DNA of 64,000 nt from the NCBI GenBank assembly GCA_000002435.2, contig CM018790.1. One strand, 5' to 3'. Below the pieces are notes generated by a model. The model ran no database searches and had not been told where the DNA came from. It worked only from the letters and a program-made list of their open reading frames with translations. Source of the stretch: Giardia intestinalis (taxonomy: Eukaryota). The translations under genes were made by a program, and so were the position numbers. Of this stretch, positions 60,201 to 64,000 are shown one piece after another (within the stretch, counting starts at the first letter, position 1; every line of letters starts with the position of its first letter).

Positions 60201-60836
60201 GAGCACATGGAGGAGGCGGGAATGCAAACATGTTGTGGCTGGACGGCTCTTATGTTTGCAGCCAAGGCGGGGCATGTAAAGTGCGTCGAGCTTTTACTAC
60301 AGGAAGCAGGCATCCACAATGGAGACGAGCGCACGGCCATCTTCATGGCAGCCAAGCAGGGTCACAAGGAATGCATAGAGCTCCTATTTGATAAGGAAGG
60401 GGCCCATAGGGACCCGGACGGCTGGACTATCCTGATGGCCACGGCCTACGGAGGACATGCGGAGTGTGTTGGGGCCATTCTGTGTCTCGATGCATTAAGT
60501 GGTGACAGGGAGGCTGCCGGCTTTCAGTCTATTGTTGGAATGAAGGCATATGATGGCAGGACAGCTCTGATGTTGGCTGCTGACCAGGGGCACGCTCAAT
60601 GTGTGAAGCTGCTTCTTGAAAAAGAAGCACAACAGACTGATGTGCTCGGGGAGAGTGCACTCTTCAAGGCCGTCCGGTGGGAGCATCCTGACTGTGTTAC
60701 ATTGCTGGCTCCATACGAAGCCCAGCTCACAAATAAGAACAATCAAACAGCCCTAGATCTCGCCACAGTCATTCTAGGGCGAACCGTAGAAACCAGTGCC
60801 TTACAAACCTGCATTAGTATCCTTACCGAGGAGTAA
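57288..60836 (+). CDS. NEK-family pseudokinase with long C-terminal ankyrin-repeat array (Giardia NEK/21.1-type)
   Basis: 1182 aa. The N-terminal kinase-like fold retains MAPEL and DIWSLGILLLDM (APE and subdomain IX). It lacks GxGxxG, the VAIK Lys, HRD and DFG (LHSPLPLPGKKAGFLLHLGLSPDSL). The C-terminus has at least 15 ankyrin repeats (TALMMAAREGNTECIKLLL, TALMYAAQNGCLAATQLLL, ...). Confidence 0.85.
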   Translation: MWDNQAATTPRQTPFSDDAHHRDEVGLVGTGLVRKKGLGLMTTILVVPLHQHPPEVQIKIAHAMRDCLNITNPYLASYVDVTHSMREAKLTIETEFFGRGSLRKKIDSHFKHGLIFPEAEIWNVVAHIAAGLAYLHSPLPLPGKKAGFLLHLGLSPDSLMVYSDAEYKLTAYSIRQLLFRPIPPAEYARIIGIESENARWYMAPELRRAFSRYGSLCQLSTKCDIWSLGILLLDMVSLALYRDNTSDPSTELVKNDSTIPAVIILPNDDRPLRVKMDDLSEEHNNSTDDEDAKRVSTTSLSSSVDYHGFCHPPRSLLKTLLDDGLDTPYSKELITLIKQCVSEDPSERPSATIICKLPSVQEAFLRLEAHRLEDHKLLLQALRLNDVAAIRTYIRSFDASPSDILKDILSPCYTPYIQIFSERILLKNLFVTLPSRSGTPTYIYTDLMQAAECGDIPAIEASINRDFGYMYMGFSSGTALMMAAREGNTECIKLLLAEVGIVTAKGETALMYAAQNGCLAATQLLLCEARKQNYYGETALMYAVQNGFVHIVNLLAAREAQLQRKDGLTALMLAAKLGRGRCVAILMHHEAQMRSSLGETALELALKYRHGHCADLLLDYESGLICSNGASPLRFAVDNGAIKVVPRLLYLCRSMESSYFINMIYVLVSGQTAECYASLLIAYNQLLDKKLSLTVTEPEAKRAHQDNCINAFCWALNMMRPDCAWKVPILVDLTVPPAATSEELWASVLVPYMEKRGISCQLIEALLNYSIMKKDHEMVWHLTQYIAEHTDTIIVSTWKRHGDRVNFKTRLMENAENGDLSGVLANMDQLGYVYGNDTALLLAAKNHHFDCIKLLLCEQGITGPDCVTALMVTACKGDVESLKLLLTESSRCDEDGNSALMLAAEAGHDACVQLLIKRCKVYQDRAGRTALIRAAEACNLSTVNLLRNEIGVGGMTRLMVSAVLGEVNGVKEHMEEAGMQTCCGWTALMFAAKAGHVKCVELLLQEAGIHNGDERTAIFMAAKQGHKECIELLFDKEGAHRDPDGWTILMATAYGGHAECVGAILCLDALSGDREAAGFQSIVGMKAYDGRTALMLAADQGHAQCVKLLLEKEAQQTDVLGESALFKAVRWEHPDCVTLLAPYEAQLTNKNNQTALDLATVILGRTVETSALQTCISILTEE

Positions 60837-60875
60837 AGTCATTGTCAGAATGACTAGAAGTTTACTGCGCTATAA

Positions 60876-63800
60876 CTAGAGCACTTTAGCTACAAAGCAC
60901 GGATGTCTAGACTTCCACTCCTCGCTGGGTATCTCTGTTTTGTTTGGAATGTAAACTATGGGTGCACAGTAACCACCTATCTTGAGAGGAACCGGAACAA
61001 TGTTCTTTGGAAGGCGCATGTGACGCTTGTTCAGAGACGGCTCCTTCTTTCCCATTGCGTCGTCTATGATGGTGCAGCACGCGTACAGATCAAAGCAGTT
61101 GCTAAATCCTTGCCCCTTTTCCGGTGATATATCGCAGATTGTGTCCAGAACCGGATCGTACGAGACCCCTAAGAGCTCCATGTTGCGGATGAGAATGTAG
61201 AATACCGGGCGTGGGTTTGTGGTGTTCTTGTCGATAAAGATACTGCCATCCTCTAATATACGTGGCATGGTTGTTGGCTTTTTCAGGAGTACAATAACCT
61301 TTTGGCGCACCAATGGAGATGTTGTCATGATGGAGGAGATGACGCGAAGATAGTTCAGTATATCGCCCAGAACTTTATAGTACACAGCCCCTGATACTAT
61401 CCAGTGATCCATAAAGGAGCCGAAACCGTATTGACCTGTGATCATTTTAAGAGCGCTGGTGCTGAACGTGGAAGGCAAAAGGCCGTTCAGAAGAACGTCA
61501 CCGCTAAGGAGCACTCCCGGGTACCCGAACTTGATTGCAGAGTAATTGTTGAGATTAATCAAATATGTCTTGAATATTTGGGGCATAGCCTTCATATCAC
61601 TGATTTGGTAGACCATTTTGCTTTTTCTTTCGATACTGAGGAAGCGACAGATAGTATCCGTAAGAAAGTGCGATGAGAATATGAGCCGATATGCCGTGTT
61701 AAGGTTCTGCTGGCCTAGAGAGGCCAGTAAGCACTCTTTGTCTTTCTGTGTCACACCCTGTTCATCGAAGAAGACGTGCCGCATGGTATCATACTGAACA
61801 AGCTGTGCATAGATAGACATTAAGTCAGGCATCTTAGCAACGTGTGTTGGGATCACTAGGTAGTGCTTTATGTTCTCCTTCTTTGGTGCCTCTCCGTTCC
61901 GCGTTGCAAGCTCCAACAATAGTGATAGTGAGTCGTCCTTAATTACATGGCCATCGGTACCAATCTTTTGGGAGCTAGAAGTCTCCTCTGCAGAGCCTCC
62001 TCTCTCAATGTTCCTGGCCACTGCGCCGTCGGCAGATGACACTGCAAGGTGTTTTTCGTAACGCTCGAGCTTTTTGTGTATCATGTTTGGGGCGTCAACG
62101 GTAACAACGGTCCTTCGACGCGGCTGCATTATGCCCAGCACGGACTTTTCAATAGAGTCAACGTACACCGGCTTTGATGGATCTAGGTTGTTGCTCGTCA
62201 TTTGGACACCCATTAGGAAGAAGTTATAGATGTTGTCTTCTTCTGGCATGAACGTTACTCCTCCATCTGCCATTCTAAAAAGAGTTGTGCTTTGTACCGA
62301 GGTTCCAGACATCTTTGAAACCGAGCTGGGTGTCTGGCTGACTGAGTCGTCAAAGTCATCCAGGGCCTCAGAAATCCCGCTAACAGAGCTCCGAGAGGAC
62401 GAGTACCTATTCGACTTTGAGGAGCGGAAGGAGCGGCTTTCGGAAAGGTGTTCTGATAGTGAGTCCCCATCAAACATGCTAGACTTCGCTGAGTTTGCCA
62501 TAGAGTTCATGTCGCTCGTCTCATCGCCATCGGAACTATAAGAGGAGCTTTCTTCCTGCTCTTTTTCGATTTTCTCATCGTTCTTTTTGGCTTTCATTTT
62601 CTCCTTGAGCTGCCGCATCAAGGTTTTGTCATAGAGCTCGATTTCTGTTGTCACCAGCCTAGTGAGGAGCACCTTCTGTATCGCGTCATGTCGTGCAAAC
62701 AACAGCTGACTCATGTACTCATTAAGTTTAGACAGATATTGAGAATCGAAGACAGACTTTGTTAAATCAAGATTGTACGTGAAATACGCAGAGTCTAACA
62801 TTGCAACCTGTCCAAAGTTGCGTGTATCGATTTGCTGATGCTTGGCAGTTGACAGGGCCTTCAGAATACACGACCCAATCACATTGACTACTTCGTAATC
62901 CGACGCCGCGATGGTGTCTCTCGTAAACAGAAACGCCTGCTTTAGGCACAAAAGTGACAGGCCGCGAAGAGAAATAGAGAAGTGAATACTCTTATTGAGA
63001 CTGCGTATTGTTTTCCCACCAAGGACCTTTAGCATAATATTGCCTACAACTGCAATAGACAGACAGATCGTGTGCGTAAACCCACCGACTAGGGTACTGG
63101 GGGATCGCAGATAGAAGAAGTTGGGCTTGGCGACAGCAATGAGCTTCGATATGGACATTGCAGTCTCATACTGGAGACTAGGGTCACCGTCCAGACCACC
63201 CACCTTTCCGGGTACAAAGATATTATGAGGCGTTAGACTAGATGGTATCAAGACAAATAGGGGATATGTAATGTCTGATCGATACAGTGTCTCTTTTTGG
63301 GCTAACATGCGAGTAAGGCTGTCGATCATGGTATAGCCGAGCAGCGCTGTTTCAACTGATACAACTATGATAGAGTTCTTTAGATCGTTTAGTGTTGGGT
63401 CACGAACAAAACGTATTGGAGCAGGCACAGACGGCAATCCGATCTGGGCGAGATTGAGTGCATACTCTAGCAGTATTTCAATGGCAACGCACGAATCATA
63501 GAAGATAATATCTACTATGAGCGGCGCTCTACTTGTGAGCTCTATGTTTTGGGACGCCATCTCTTTGAAGTATGCAAGTTGTTTAATAGAAACCTCGCAA
63601 AGCTCTGAGAGAGAATAAATTCCGTCACTTAGTAACTTTTCTGAAAACACGAAGAACTCTGGATTTTCTGAGCACAATGCGACCAGGTCTGCAAACCCTT
63701 CTGCTATCTTCGCAGATAATGCTTGCTTTTTGAGCTTAGATGTTGACGCAATTGAGAGAGGACCCATAGACGAGTCCTTCGAGCCTGCCCGGGCTACAAA

Positions 63801-64000
63801 GGCCGCAGTCTCTTGGCTGTACACGATTCCCGTGGCTCCAAAGTATGCGTTTGACGTTGAATTTTGATATAAGTAAGCCGATGAGTTCCCTACAAGAGAG
63901 TTCATGAAGCAGATGCAAGCGTTGGATGCATACGCAATGGTATGCGGTCGAAGTGCTACTGAGATACAATACACTGCAAAGATAACACTGCCCGAGGGTT
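60876..64000 (-). CDS. Large hypothetical protein (more than 1040 aa), probably partial: the frame is open to the right edge of the window
   Basis: The track start at 63974 is GTG and there is no stop between it and position 64000. The first in-window ATG is at 63905, with no A-rich context. No recognised domain. Convergent with the NEK-ankyrin gene, with 40 bp between stops. Confidence 0.65.
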   Translation of the reverse strand, partial: PSGSVIFAVYCISVALRPHTIAYASNACICFMNSLVGNSSAYLYQNSTSNAYFGATGIVYSQETAAFVARAGSKDSSMGPLSIASTSKLKKQALSAKIAEGFADLVALCSENPEFFVFSEKLLSDGIYSLSELCEVSIKQLAYFKEMASQNIELTSRAPLIVDIIFYDSCVAIEILLEYALNLAQIGLPSVPAPIRFVRDPTLNDLKNSIIVVSVETALLGYTMIDSLTRMLAQKETLYRSDITYPLFVLIPSSLTPHNIFVPGKVGGLDGDPSLQYETAMSISKLIAVAKPNFFYLRSPSTLVGGFTHTICLSIAVVGNIMLKVLGGKTIRSLNKSIHFSISLRGLSLLCLKQAFLFTRDTIAASDYEVVNVIGSCILKALSTAKHQQIDTRNFGQVAMLDSAYFTYNLDLTKSVFDSQYLSKLNEYMSQLLFARHDAIQKVLLTRLVTTEIELYDKTLMRQLKEKMKAKKNDEKIEKEQEESSSYSSDGDETSDMNSMANSAKSSMFDGDSLSEHLSESRSFRSSKSNRYSSSRSSVSGISEALDDFDDSVSQTPSSVSKMSGTSVQSTTLFRMADGGVTFMPEEDNIYNFFLMGVQMTSNNLDPSKPVYVDSIEKSVLGIMQPRRRTVVTVDAPNMIHKKLERYEKHLAVSSADGAVARNIERGGSAEETSSSQKIGTDGHVIKDDSLSLLLELATRNGEAPKKENIKHYLVIPTHVAKMPDLMSIYAQLVQYDTMRHVFFDEQGVTQKDKECLLASLGQQNLNTAYRLIFSSHFLTDTICRFLSIERKSKMVYQISDMKAMPQIFKTYLINLNNYSAIKFGYPGVLLSGDVLLNGLLPSTFSTSALKMITGQYGFGSFMDHWIVSGAVYYKVLGDILNYLRVISSIMTTSPLVRQKVIVLLKKPTTMPRILEDGSIFIDKNTTNPRPVFYILIRNMELLGVSYDPVLDTICDISPEKGQGFSNCFDLYACCTIIDDAMGKKEPSLNKRHMRLPKNIVPVPLKIGGYCAPIVYIPNKTEIPSEEWKSRHPCFVAKVL

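Noticed and set aside
1-64000. Prokaryote-style features (operons, CRISPR arrays, RBS, defence islands, IS elements)
   Set aside because: The sequence is eukaryotic. No direct-repeat/spacer arrays, no transposase or integrase ORFs, and no tRNA or rRNA genes were found on inspection.

Overview
This window is a gene-dense, essentially intron-free eukaryotic segment, and several independent signals point to the diplomonad Giardia (intestinalis/lamblia-like). Three ORFs end in the VSP-specific ...CRGKA tail after a single transmembrane helix, and each is followed 13-20 nt after the stop by an AGTRAAY polyadenylation motif. Many start codons sit in A-rich initiator contexts (aaaaaATG). There is a NEK-like kinase/pseudokinase, ankyrin-repeat (Protein 21.1-like) genes and two tubulin-tyrosine-ligase-like genes. 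Convergent genes are only 20-40 bp apart. The ORF track translates TTG/GTG/CTG starts as M, so I re-derived several starts to the first real ATG.

About 27 protein-coding genes are supported. Those with recognisable homology are:
- SAC-domain phosphoinositide phosphatase, partial at the left edge (missed by the track)
- bystin/Enp1
- two TTLL enzymes
- Mo25/CAB39
- a PQ-loop transporter
- a Qa-SNARE syntaxin
- an MFS transporter
- a NEK-pseudokinase with ankyrin repeats
- an ankyrin-repeat (21.1-like) protein
Several very large lineage-specific hypothetical proteins (2057, 2345, 1181, 1032+ aa) are also present.

The accessory content is concentrated around the VSP genes.
1. Two full-length VSP genes lie 28 kb apart in the same orientation and are mosaics of blocks identical at the nucleotide level and divergent blocks, which suggests gene conversion.
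2. A 127-aa mini-VSP stub has a signal peptide, CXXC motifs, a transmembrane helix, the CRGKA tail and an intact polyA signal.
3. A NEK-like kinase gene (frameshifted) has a degraded paralogous pseudogene copy lying immediately downstream of the second VSP.
4. An ankyrin pseudogene carries an in-frame TAG and a +1 shift in a G6 run.
5. A dispersed, apparently non-coding repeat of about 0.75-0.9 kb is present in two copies. They share a 213-bp 100%-identical core, and one copy abuts the ATG of the PQ-loop gene.
6. A 2.2-kb GC-rich island carries long overlapping ORFs on both strands.

No rRNA, tRNA, CRISPR or prokaryotic-style systems were found.
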